Positions 26,485 to 40,139 of a stretch of DNA of 64,000 nt are shown here, piece after piece; within the stretch, counting starts at the first letter, position 1; each line of letters opens with the position of its first letter. A program made the translations under genes and the position numbers. The stretch covers positions 1,728,001 to 1,792,000 of the forward strand of contig CBDBCZ010000017.1 of assembly GCA_965203295.1 (NCBI GenBank). The letters are read 5' to 3'. This DNA is from Nitrospirales bacterium (GTDB lineage Bacteria > Nitrospirota > Nitrospiria > Nitrospirales > UBA8639). The notes below the pieces were generated by a model. It saw only the letters and a list, made by a program, of their open reading frames with translations, searched no databases and was not told where the DNA came from.

Positions 26485-26601
26485 AAATGTATGCAATAAC
26501 CCACCTCATATTGTTCACTGCGACAGCGCATCAAAATGTACAACACATTTTGATGCGCTGTTGCAGTGAACAATATATGAGGTGAGTTATTGCATACATT
26601 T
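26485..26601. repeat. ~55-bp-arm palindrome in intron (related copy at ~42629-42729)
   Basis: aaatgtatgcaataac...catcaaaatgt / acattttgatg...gttattgcatacattt. Confidence 0.85.
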
Positions 26602-27097
26602 CAAAGTGTGGTCACGGCTGAACAGTAGGAAGTGACAGTTTGGTTATTGTTTGCATATGGAATGAGGTACACTTCTTAATTATGATAGAGCTCCACTGCG
26701 TATTTGAAATACTTCCACCCACATATTGATCGCTATGCAGTTATAGGATGGTATTAGATACTAAACAACGATTATGAACTGCTTTGAAGGAAAGACCCAT
26801 AATGTTTGTTCTCATTTCAAGCCCCCTCATCTTGAATTTGTCAATTAATCTGGTCTCGTATGGACATCTGTGTTTTAGTATTCTCACCCTTTGACACGTG
26901 TGTGTCCATTGAAATGTTCACCATGCTCCTTAAGGGCTAGTCAATACATGTACATATTTGGCTTGTATTTTACATGTACATAAACATGCCGTTCATTGAC
27001 TAGTTAGTTTAAGCAAACAATTATACACCAACTTTTGTTCCTTAACCCATCATCGCTCACACTATGACATTTCCCTCGTGCTGTTCTCTCTCTAAAG

Positions 27098-27196
27098 GAT
27101 GGAGAAACAGCTCTGACCTTGGCCACTGAGGAAGGTCATCATGTCATTGCACAACAACTACTACAAGCTAGGGCAGAGCCCAACCTCCAGACTGAG
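27098..27196 (+). CDS. Ankyrin exon F1 (C-family, 99 nt) DGETALTLATEEGHHVIAQQLLQARAEPNLQTE
   Basis: ctctctaaag|GAT...GAG|gtaagc (AAG acceptor; upstream intron deleted relative to paralogues). Confidence 0.8.
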
Positions 27197-27565
27197 GTAA
27201 GCTAGGTGTAAAAATGAGTTCCTTCTTCAGACCGCTGTATGTCATACACTGAAGGCTCTGTGAGACAAGCATTTCTCGTTGTGATATGTCAAGTGTAGAT
27301 CAGTGTATTGTATCCTGTATTTTATTGGAATGCTGAGGAATGTCCTTTAGTTAATTTAGCCTCTTTTCTGCACCAAACAATGACAGTCCATTACCCTGAA
27401 AACAGCATTTTAATTGCTGTAAGTGAAATCAGAGAGCACTGCCACTACTGATTACGGTTTTATCTTGTCTGTACTGATGTAAATAATTTCTTGTTATCCA
27501 GTGCAAACTTTGTATATGTTCATTTTTCAACCATTGATGACACAAGTTATATTATTACCTTGTAG

Positions 27566-27607
27566 CCTCTTCAAGAAGATAAAGTGAAACAATCCGAAGA
27601 ACAATTG
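27566..27607 (+). CDS. Exon W2 (42 nt) PLQEDKVKQSEEQL
   Basis: ttgtag|CCT...TTG|gttggt. Confidence 0.65.
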
Positions 27608-28290
27608 GTTGGTGAATGTGATGGTACTACAGATTGTGTTTTCTTACTTATCCACTGATCATTACTTCATTATACTAAACAAAACTATATGCAAATTTCC
27701 GGGTACCCATTTACAAGTAACATTGTTCTACAGCCTACTCAGCAACTAATTTCCTATGCATCATGGAGTATGGTAGTACTCCATATGTAGGGATGGCACG
27801 GGGGGAAAATGGTATAATTCTCCTTCTTTTTCAGCCAGGTTAGCACAATAATAGCTGAAGCGATCACAAACAAGCTAGATATTCCCTGGTGTATTGCACT
27901 CGTAGCATAACTTTTCCAAAGAAATTGAATAGGTTCAGCAGTGTACTCTCGTGGTAAATGTATTGCAATGTGATGTGTGGGTAGTCTGCACATGCATTGC
28001 GATGTGCATTGTAGCTTGTTTCATTGGTTTTTGGGGAAGTGTTTTTTGGTGGAAGTGCATCCCTACATGACTTGTTTTTGCACTTTTTGGCAGTGTTAGA
28101 TATAGTCTGAACCAGGTGTTTTTTTTCTGCCGGTCTAAGTTTGTGTGTAGAGCGTGCACAATTAAATTGGAGGAGTTTACTCAGCAATTATTAGCCAGGC
28201 ATTTAATTGTGAAATATCCGTGTATACTGCTCAGCAATGAATTAGAAGTTTCAAAAGTAACTAGCAAAAGACTAGAATTCTCTTTTGCAG

Positions 28291-28371
28291 TGGCTTCGAA
28301 CAGCAGTGGAAATGGCTTGTGAAAATGAACACAGTGGCATTATCAGTCTCCTGTTGAATGAACATAAAAAA
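28291..28371 (+). CDS. Exon Y3 (81 nt) WLRTAVEMACENEHSGIISLLLNEHKK
   Basis: ttttgcag|TGG...AAA|gtagct. Confidence 0.65.
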
Positions 28372-28499
28372 GTAGCTACATTTACATATCTAATTAGTTT
28401 TTATTTGAAATTAACTACTATCAATGAAAAAAGTTTTCTTCAGCAATGCATTATGTAATGAAAGTATTGTTTTCTGTTCTATCTCTTCTGCATACATAG

Positions 28500-28550
28500 T
28501 CTGTCCAAGAAGGTGAAGTGGAGCAATCCGATCCTTTACAGGAACAGACG
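28500..28550 (+). CDS. Exon Z4 (51 nt) SVQEGEVEQSDPLQEQT
   Basis: acatag|TCT...ACG|gttggt. Confidence 0.65.
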
Positions 28551-31500
28551 GTTGGTTAAGTATAGCAGTCAGCTCTTACGTAATTTTTCTTACCAAGAGT
28601 ATAATATAATAGTGTCAAAAAGTGAGGGAAATCGGAGCTGAAAGCTACCACGCGAAAGCTAAAACTCGAAACATTTCCCACGGTAACTTTGTGTTATAGC
28701 CCAGCACATTCTGCAGTCAGTCAGCTTAATGCTTGTGGATGGTGTGAATGGAAAACCACAGTCATATAGTAAAAGAACTCTATGTTCTACAATATTCTGT
28801 AACCCCAACAAGGCCACCGCTGACTATTTTTTTTTCTGCTAGTGGTATCAAGCCCAAAAAAGCATTCAGTGATGCTATAATGCATGACGAATGATTAGAC
28901 AATGATAATAGACTAGACAATGCCCAAAGCAAGCAAACAGTGACATAAAAACACAACATACACAGCCCAATCCCTACATCTTTTTATGGCAAGTGCACAT
29001 ATGCAGTACTGCAGTTAGAGGATATACCGTGCCAACAAGTAACTTAGGGTTTTCTTAGTATCTTGGACATCCTGGAAAGTGCATGGTAGGTGTGTCCAAC
29101 AGTGTCGGGGGACATCTGTATATAGGTACGTAGGTGTCACTGGATGTTCCAGAGTCCATGACAACCTGGAAAATATCTGGACACTTAAACAGTGGCAGTT
29201 GTGTCAGGAATATCCTGGACTCTCTGACAGTTTTAGTGATTAGGGAGTGTAGCTGGATGTTGCGGAGTGTCTGGACTTGAACAGTAGACAACCAAGAGTC
29301 CCCAGCTGTTAAAGTCTTGAGATTCCCTCGTCTGCTTGGTGTTGTCTAAGCAATTGAGACAAGTGTGAGTATAACTGAATGTGAGTGAGAACAGGTTGCT
29401 GTAAAATATCAGTGTCATATACACTTTCCAGCAAATAGTTGAATAGACAGATGGACAGAAAACTGAACAGCTAACTCAGTAGTGTAGGTGTCACTCTTAT
29501 TCTTTTCAATTCTGCAATTAATTACATAAGTACATATTTAGTGAATAAGATACAATGTACTACATCTTAACCTTGGCGGGACTTGTACGTATACTAGGTA
29601 CATAGCACTACCGCATGCAGTGTAATAATGAAGTGAACTTTGATGGATTTTGCATGTCAGAATGATTGAGTGCTTTTGAGCATCGAGTAAAAATCAGACA
29701 TATTTGTGTGGAAGGCCAGTGATGGAGGTATGACTACCACTTTTATTGTTACACGAAGGATGGCTGATAGATGACCCTGTAACGTAATGATCTTGGGTAG
29801 ACTGATACAGGTAAATTCTGCAAAAGATTAGCCATAATATTAAAATGGCACCTGATCATTGTACGGTATGTTACTGACTTTAAAATTCATAAGTAAACAA
29901 GTCTTACATTTAATATAAAAGAAACCAGCTGGGAACCTTTCCTGTACAATACACACACAACTCAGCTTAGGCAAAGCTAACTGCAGCTGTAGAACTACAA
30001 ATTTAGTAACTATGCTACAAAAGGCATTCTGCAGAAACTGATAAGCAATCGAATGCAGTACAGCGAAAGTGCTGACCTGGCAGTTGTGTTGTGTGCTTTC
30101 TGTTAGTAGCTATACGTCACAAAAACAGGATTTTCACAGCTGCCTTCCAAGTTTGTCGCCAACTAGGCAACAGCAACACACAACTACCTTCATTTGCTGT
30201 GGCTTGGCTTACAAACCTCCAAAAGCTGCTGTATATTGTACTTGCATAGTAACATATGACGTATTACAAATATTATTGTGCACATGAAAATGTGGACGCA
30301 CAAACAAACAAACAAACAGACACAGAAAATGTAAAGCAATCTTAGGACCAGCTGTTGGCGCACTAGTGCACTTTGGCTGGTAAAAATGTGGCAGTCCACC
30401 TCCAACTTAGTCAGCATTTCAGCACAAGCTAGTCCACGAGACTAGGTACTACCTCGGGCTCTAGAGAACGAATTCCTTGCACAAAAAAAGCTGTGCATAT
30501 CAAAATAGTCACATCACATGCACGTGATTAGTAATGACTTTACGCAATCATGAAGTGCTTGAAGTCTGGTGGTGATGGAGCCATAGAGTGCAGCTATCCA
30601 TCTATGATGGAGCTACCAAAAGTGCTAGAGTCAGACAGTGCAGTGGTGGGGATATGTATTTTGTGATGAATCTCCTCAGAAAGTGCCCTGGTTTCCATGT
30701 TTCCAGATGCAACGTTTATGCATCAATAGTTCATAATTCTTTCACTGGGGGAGCATGCCCTCAACTCCCCTAGTTCGCAGCCAGAATTTGTTTGATGTAT
30801 CTGCCTGTTTTACACTGTGAATGTATCTTGGACTCAGTGTCTCTTTCAAGTTGAGTATGTAGATAAAGAAAATAGATTTTAACATACATAATTATGGTCC
30901 AACAAGAAATTGAATTGTAAATACAGTTCTGGTTTGTAGTGTAGCTTTAGTGCTTCCCGCTGCATCTATTGCCTATACCTAGTCCTTAAGTAGCATTCAC
31001 TTTGTCTGTTATGTACGTATTTTTGCAGCTTAGATTTGCTTAGATGAGCTTAATCAATTTTATGAGTGAAATTTTTCTCCAAAGTTAAAGTCTGAACTGG
31101 ACAATTTTGTTTGTAATCTTTTCAGAACTTGTGTCAATGTGCAATTGTTTTTTTAACTACACACATGCAGTAATTACCTATTTGGTGCACATCAACTAGC
31201 CTATAGTTGCTAATCATAATTCCACTTACATGGGTTCAGGATATGTGGTAATAGCACATTCCAAGCAGCCTGCAAAATAGACTACAAATTCATCAGATGG
31301 CTGTGTACATGTTTTTGACAGGCAGCTACCGTCACCATATCCACACTGTACAAATTGATGTAAACAGATGTAGAATTCTCATCCACACTACTGTAAGACC
31401 TTGCAAGCTAATTGGATTTTCTGTATAGGCATTGTGCGTGTTGTAGTGTGTCGTAAGATGCCACAGGTGAGGGTGGGCCTAATGCCTATATGTGGTGAAT

Positions 31501-31560
31501 CAGCACTACTTTGTTGATTTGTTTTTAATTCACACTTTCTGGTCTTCCTCCCTACCTCAG

Positions 31561-31656
31561 TATGGGGAGAGAGCCCTGATCGCTGCCAGTGCTAAAAGTG
31601 ATCGTGATGTTGTGCAAAAGCTATCAACCGCCGGGGATGTTAATGTTCAGGATAAA
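31561..31656 (+). CDS. Ankyrin exon A2 (96 nt) YGERALIAASAKSDRDVVQKLSTAGDVNVQDK
   Basis: ctacctcag|TAT...AAA|gtaagc. Confidence 0.85.
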
Positions 31657-33227
31657 GTAAGCTATATACCCCACGCATAGACAGTGGATTAAGCTCTTTG
31701 TGTCTCTGTCTGTCTGTTTAGTGAAAATTAAAGTCTGAACATTTACAGGGTTAAGTGATTTTTAATGTGCATGCCAGAATAGAGATTGTATTGATTCATG
31801 TACAAAGCAGCTCACCATTCTGGGTATGATTAAAGCTTACGAGTACTTACGCTCGCTCGCACGACTACTTGTGCTTGATGAACTCGCTTACTTCGCTCAC
31901 TCTGTACTAAAAGGAATGAAAAATTGCCACCTCCATGCGATTTGTATGGAACATTATAGCATCTGCCAATGGCAGTAGTGCTGCTGACTGCATGAGCCAC
32001 GTGGAGGCAGCTCCATATTGAAGCCTCAACATTGTGTGGAAATTGACTCGGTCACAGTATTAGGAAAGTGCATAGCACCCATAGTACCGGTACCTGCATG
32101 TTCTTTTAGTAGCCAAAGCATTTAGTGTAATTTGTGTAATGTCCAAGTGTTACAGAACATTGAGCATCTGCCAGTGGCAGTAGACTATAATGTAATCTCA
32201 TCTCCAGACCTTCTACTTGCCTGTAAAAAAATAAAAACAGGAAAGGAGGGTCTGGTGAAATTGATACAAAAGGGATCAATGGGGTGTTTGTGTGTGGGTT
32301 TAGCTGACACAGTCTCAATAAGTGTGGCTTGTGCATGCATCTGACAGCGGGGCTGGCAGCTACAGAACTTTTGTCCTTTTTGTGGCACATTCCTGAGGTT
32401 TTGTGGGGCAGTGTGTATCTTCCTGTCGGTCATTTCTAGTCCTTACTTTATCAAAAGTCAGAATGTACTATACTTGCATGATTTATGAGGCCCATGTTAC
32501 AGTCCTTACCTATCATAATTATTATTGAGTTTTGTTTGACTGAACTCTAAGTTAGCTTGGCCATAGGTAGGATTTTAGGGAATTATTTTAGCATCTTTCC
32601 CTTTTGCCTAACTAAACATTTGGCATTTAAGATTGGACACCGTATGTTCACTATGTCTATGTCTGAAAACCCTGTTTCTTAAATGATATCTACCATTGGT
32701 AGTATTGTGGCTAGTTATGAGTTATCAGTGGCATGCTACATACTCTCTGTGTGCCTATCGGGGGGTGCTTAGGATGCTGTAGTGCCCCCTCCTCCCCTGG
32801 CTTGTTCCGTGCTTCCTTTGATGTATCTGCCTGTTTTATACTATCCAAAGTGTAAAATTGTATTGTGGACTCAGTCTCTCTTTCAAGTATCGTATACACT
32901 TTAAAATATATTTCAACATGATATGCATGATTATAGTTCAACAAGAAAGGTATATACATAATTTCATTGTATGGGCTCAGTATATTATGGTAGTAGCACA
33001 TTCTCAAACTGCCTGAAAATTGACAACAAAATTCATTAGATGAATAAAACTGTACACAGTGTAAAATTTTATTGTGGATTCAGTCTCTCTTTCAAGTTGA
33101 GTATGCACTTTACAATAGTAACGTACATGATTATAGTTCCGCACGAAAGGTAGCTAATTCAAATGAATGGGCTCAGTACATGGTAGTAATGTACAAGTTG
33201 TATCCACCCTACTCAAAGACCAGCAGC

Positions 33228-33769
33228 ATATCAAGCCAGAGAAGCCGGCGAGGGAGCAAGCAACTAGCATAGACGGCGAAATTCAAATACGGTATTCGGA
33301 TGCTAATTTTAGTAACCACCAAATATGGAATATATACACACGTGGGTACGTTAAGTCGGTGAGCGGCAGCTTTGCAGGGCGACTACGGAGAGCATTGGTG
33401 ATACAGCTAACGCAGGCCCCGAGCACAACGACACTAATGTGAAGGTTTGTTATAAGCCATTGTAGCAGTCACTGAGTGTGGGTATGGCAGTACTTGGACT
33501 CACTTGTTGGAAGATTGGACCATCTCTCATACGCTTTCGCTTTGGAGAACTAGTCATCTCACTCGAGTGTATGCCGACATACCGCTTCATTTTTATACAC
33601 TTCGTGGCTTTCTCACTCTTACTGCTGTTACTTTTTCCTGCTGTTCTGTCATAAAAATTCATATACGGATACTACTTAATTTGGAATACGACCGCCATGT
33701 TTGAATTTCATCGTCTATGTAATGTACATGCGTAGTTGCATGCTCTCTTGCCAGCTTCTCCGGCTCGAT
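33228..33769. mobile_element. TIR element (MITE-like)
   Basis: Imperfect ~36-bp TIR tcaagccagagaagccggcgagggagcaagcaacta / tagttgcatgctctcttgccagcttctccggctcga; absent at the paralogous site near 7425. Confidence 0.7.
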
Positions 33770-33870
33770 GCGCTCCTACTCAGACTTTGTAAGCTAATAG
33801 TGTAGGCACTATATATTGTAGTGTGATTGCAGATATAGTATGGAGAATTCGCAGTACCTAATCACGCTTA

Positions 33871-34367
33871 CCGTATTTTTGCAATCAGACGCCGCCCTCG
33901 AGTAGTAGCCGCCCTCAAATTATAGTCGCACCTCCGGAAGTGCTAAACAAAATAGTGGCCACCCTCAATTTGTAGCCGCAGCAAAAATTCAAGAACCGTG
34001 GTAGAAATAAGCAATAAACTGTAGTAACTACAGTAAAAGTACAGTATACCTGACTTTGCTAGCTAACAGTTATCGGACCTCACCTTTGTCTTCTTCGAGG
34101 TTGCAGAGGGACCGGAGCCTGACGGAGGCTGCCCGCGAATCCATATTTTTGATATTTCCCCCCAAAAAAACAGCTTTTCGATAGTATTGGCGCACGAACG
34201 GTGATTTTCAAACGGATTTGAACTACAGTTGTGCATCGCTGTGTAGCCAGTAAACTGCTCAATTTAATAAACGTTGCTCTCGATTAGTGGCCACCCTCAA
34301 ATAGTGGCTGCAGAAAATCGCGGATTGAAATAGTTAGTAGCCGTTGCGTCTGATTGCGGAAGTACGG
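33871..34367. mobile_element. Tc1/mariner-type MITE, same family as 13579, ~50 bp upstream of exon B3
   Basis: ta|CCGTATTTTTGCAATCAGACGC...GCGTCTGATTGCGGAAGTACGG|ta. Confidence 0.85.
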
Positions 34368-34416
34368 TAATTGATTTGTTTATAACTCTCCTGTCTGGTC
34401 TTCCTCCCTACCTCAG

Positions 34417-34515
34417 TTTGGATTCACAGCCCTTATGCGTGCTAGTGTTGGAGGTCATCATGTCATTGTGCAAGAACTATTGTCCCTCAGTGCAGATCTC
34501 AATGTTCAAAGTAAA
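34417..34515 (+). CDS. Ankyrin exon B3 (99 nt) FGFTALMRASVGGHHVIVQELLSLSADLNVQSK
   Basis: ctacctcag|TTT...AAA|gtaagt. Confidence 0.9.
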
Positions 34516-35590
34516 GTAAGTTATACTAAATGCTCATTATCTTTATTAATTCCTCTTAGTGGCCACAAAAAAAACAACTTTTTAACATGATTTCTGTGTA
34601 TTACACTGTGGAATTGCTGCAAAAGTGACAAGGCCACTGTGAGAGTAGTGGTGTTATTATTTCTCATGCCAATGTTGGTTATTGAACACCCGTAAAACTG
34701 TAGCATTATTTAGCTCATGACTGAATCCAGGCCTTCCTTGCACTCACGAATATAAAAAAGAAAAGTATAGCGAGGAGAAGCCTGGTCACTTTTATTACAT
34801 GCACAACTGCAGGGTAGACATCAGGTAGACGTCTCAAATTCAATTCTGTAAGAATCGTAAGAGCATGCCCACAATAGTTAGTACTGTCCAGTCTTCACGA
34901 AAAAGGGCAACAGACTTCACTGTACAAGGCAGATGAAGACAAGACTACTGTTTTCAAGCTATTCCTACTTACAAAGAGGAAAGATTTCAAGATATCACGC
35001 AAGATTTCCGGATTTCAACAAGATTTCGAGATTTCGCGCAAGATTGCTGGATTTCAACCAAGATTTCCAGATTTTGTTCAGATTTTTGAATGTAGGAATG
35101 GTAGCTACGCGGTAAATGCATTGCGTGGTGATGTGTTGGTAGGCTGTGCATGCGTTGTGGTGTGCATTGTTGCTTGTTTCATTGGTTTTTGGGGAAGTGT
35201 ATTTTGGTGGAAGTGCATCACTACATGACTTGTTTTTGCTCTTTTTTAGATAATCGTTTGCTGCTTAGAAAGAAAATACCCACCTTCAGTTTCAAGTTTC
35301 CCATCTTTGTAACTACATTGCAGCAGCCCTGGCTTCATTCATTCTGTACCTTCGATGCAAATGCATTAGTGTAGCCTTGTGTTACTAATCAGGCATGGCT
35401 ACACTGTAAAATGAATGGCCTCATTCTACTCATTCCACATCAGACAGTGTTTAGCATTGTCTCTTGTTTTTTAGCATTTGTGGTATGTTTAGAGGAAAGA
35501 TATTCAGCCAAAGCGTAATATTCGACTCTCATCATAATTGAATCACCAAGAATTGAATTGTTATGGACAGTCACTGTCCTCTCTCTACAG

Positions 35591-35689
35591 CATGGAGAAA
35601 CAGCTTTGACCTTGGCCAGCTTGAAGGGAGTTCATCCCATTGTACAACAACTACTACAAGCTGGAGCAGACCCCAACCTCCAGACTGAG
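35591..35689 (+). CDS. Ankyrin exon C4 (99 nt) HGETALTLASLKGVHPIVQQLLQAGADPNLQTE
   Basis: ctctctacag|CAT...GAG|gtaagt. Confidence 0.9.
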
Positions 35690-36322
35690 GTAAGTTAGGT
35701 GTAAAACTGATTTTTTTTTCTATAGACCTCTGTATGTCACATACTAAGGCTTAAGTGAGGCAAGCATTTCACATTGTAACAAGTCAAGTGTAGATCAGTG
35801 TTTTATAGCCTGTAGTTCGTTGGAACACTTTGCTCATTGTGTATGAATAATATAAGTAAAAATGCTCCTCCAGTTTTCAGAGACGGGTTGTTAGCAAGTA
35901 CACCAATAAACAGTGTAGGAAGGATATACATGGTACATGTACTTGCATATATAGTGGACCTTGCACTTCTTTTCTCTTGGTGTGAATACACTATGCCATA
36001 TGTGAGCTTGTAAAATGCTATAGCCTTAGGACCAAACCATAAACCTCTTTTCACTGTTTGCATGCACTGTCAGGATTTTATTCGGGATTTATCTTTGTGA
36101 GAAGGGAGGGAGAGAGAGGGGGGGGAGGGGGGAAGCACAATTCTTTGAGCATATGGTCATGCTCAGCACGCTCACATCTAGGGACGTCTGGGGATTAATT
36201 CTTGAGTACTCTGTGTAGCCAGCTGATTGTTTCTTAAGCACTTTTTGTAACAAATTGAAATCGCCAATATTCTCTAAGCACTATGCGTATGTGTCACTTT
36301 ACAAGATCCATGTAAACTCTAA

Positions 36323-37950
<1,628 letters not shown>

Positions 37951-38089
37951 CCTGGAGCCACTGTAGCGCACTGGAAGAATGGTATCTACCATTACTAGTA
38001 CTGTGGCTAGTTACTGTTTTGCAGTGTCATGCCCACACTTAGTTGATTTATTCATAATTATCGCTTTCTGGTCTTCCTCACTACCTCAG

Positions 38090-38188
38090 AATCTGAACAC
38101 AGCCCTTATGCTTGCCAGTGCTGGAGGTCATCATGATATTGTGAGAGAACTGTTAGCCACCAGAGCAGATGTCAATATTCAAAATAAA
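38090..38188 (+). CDS. Ankyrin exon D2 (99 nt) NLNTALMLASAGGHHDIVRELLATRADVNIQNK
   Basis: ctacctcag|AAT...AAA|gtaagt. Confidence 0.9.
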
Positions 38189-39228
38189 GTAAGTTATACT
38201 AAATGCTCATTGTCATTACAAATTCCCCTCGAGTGGTCACAAAAACACTTTCGAAGGATTTCTGTGTATTACACTGCGGGTTTGCTATAAAATGACGAAG
38301 CCATTTTGAGAGCAGCGGTATTATCATTTCCACAAACCAGTGTTGGTTATTGAACAGCTCATGCTTAAATTATAGTTGTTTCATTGGCCTGGATGGGTAG
38401 GCTCAATTTCAATAGTCATAGCCCATGTGCTTATTGAGTATATCACTTTAACTCATTGCACGCGGGAGGCCACTGAAGTGGCCCGTACTGAATAATTTTT
38501 TGCGTGTAGCCCACGCGAAAGGCCACTAAAGTGGCCTGCGTGCATAGCAGCGCTTCCCTTAGGGGAGAACCCTTCTATTAGCAGAAACAGGATGTAATTA
38601 CAAGTAGATTTTTATAACCTAGATGCCAAAAGTCATTTCGAGCAACTAACGCATGAGTGCCAGCCAGATCGTCAATACACGGTACATAGTCTTAGAAAGA
38701 GCGCTTGCAGAATTGAGTCCGTATTTTCATTCACATGATATGCATTTATCTACACGTGCGCATGTAGATGGTCTAACCCCCTCCACACGCCTCTTCACCC
38801 ATGGGCTGTTTGTTTCCGGAAAGTACTGTACACTCATGGGTACTTCCCTTTGGACCTTGTGTTGGTGTGCAGGAGTAAAACTATTTTTTTCCAGACATAC
38901 TCATGCAGTAAACTATTTGGTGCACATCATCTAGGCTAAGCCCTATTATATTAGTAGCTAGTCATAGTTCCACTGGTATTAATTCAATACATGGTAATAG
39001 CACATTCTAAAACAGCCTGCAAAATTGCCAGCAAATTTATCAGACGGCTGTGGAAAAATTTTGACAGCCAGCTACTGTTATCGTATTCAAAAAATGGTAT
39101 GTGTGATTGCATAAGGTGCCATGGGTGGTGGTGGCCCTAATGACCTTTTGTGGTGAGTCCGCCCTACCCAATCGCACATAGTTGATTTGTTCATAATCTT
39201 CACTTTCTGGTCTTCCTCCCTACCTCAG

Positions 39229-39327
39229 AATGGGTTCACAGCCCTTATGTATGCCAGTCGTGAAGGTCACCATGACATTGTGAGAGAGCTATTAGCCGCC
39301 AAAGCAGGTGTCAATGTTCAAAATAAA
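39229..39327 (+). CDS. Ankyrin exon E3 (99 nt) NGFTALMYASREGHHDIVRELLAAKAGVNVQNK
   Basis: ctacctcag|AAT...AAA|gtaaga. Confidence 0.9.
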
Positions 39328-40040
39328 GTAAGATACACTAAATGCTCATTGCCTTAATAATTTCTCCCAAGTGGCCACGTATATGGCCCCATAGCGATCT
39401 AGTGTGCGAGAGTTACCAAAGTGTCTCTGGCATAAACACACCAGACACTAAACAGGTCTGATCATCATATATACACTCTTGGGTCTGGTCAAAGAGTAAC
39501 ATACGTAGGCCAGCATTCACACACAACGATAGCGGAGGCAAGTGAGATCTGGGCATGAGACTCACATGACGATGTCAACGTACTCTGGTTACCAAGTGCA
39601 TATCATCGTGTGACAATCACTGCACATGCCTACAAAATATAAATGTAGTAAACTTTACAGCAGAGATACGTAGACAGAGCACATTATTGCATATCACGTT
39701 CGAGATTAGTTTGATAGTTATGAAGATGATGTGAACCTTCGCCCTCGAATTTGAGGTTTTTTTGTGCTAAAATCATGGAGATTATTTGACCTAGCCTCGC
39801 TAAAGCAGAAAGAAGAAACAGTTACATGAACACTTTGTAGTGCAGTTTCTACTTTAGCAAACCTTTTTGGGAACTTTCGGGGTCCATGTTGGTTGTAGAA
39901 ACCACTGAAAAGGAAGGATACATGCCTGTAAAAGCTTAAATATTGTTTTTTTTGGAAAGTTGTGGTGAGTCTACACTACCTAATCACACTTAGTTGATTT
40001 GTTTATAATTTTCACTTTCTGGTCTTCCTCCCTACCTCAG

Positions 40041-40139
40041 AATGGGTTCACAGCCCTTATGTATGCCAGTCGTGAAGGTCACCATGACGTTGTGAGAGAA
40101 CTTTTAGCCGCCAAAGCAGATGTCAGTGTTCAAAATAAA
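40041..40139 (+). CDS. Ankyrin exon E4 (99 nt) NGFTALMYASREGHHDVVRELLAAKADVSVQNK
   Basis: ctacctcag|AAT...AAA|gtaagt. Confidence 0.9.
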
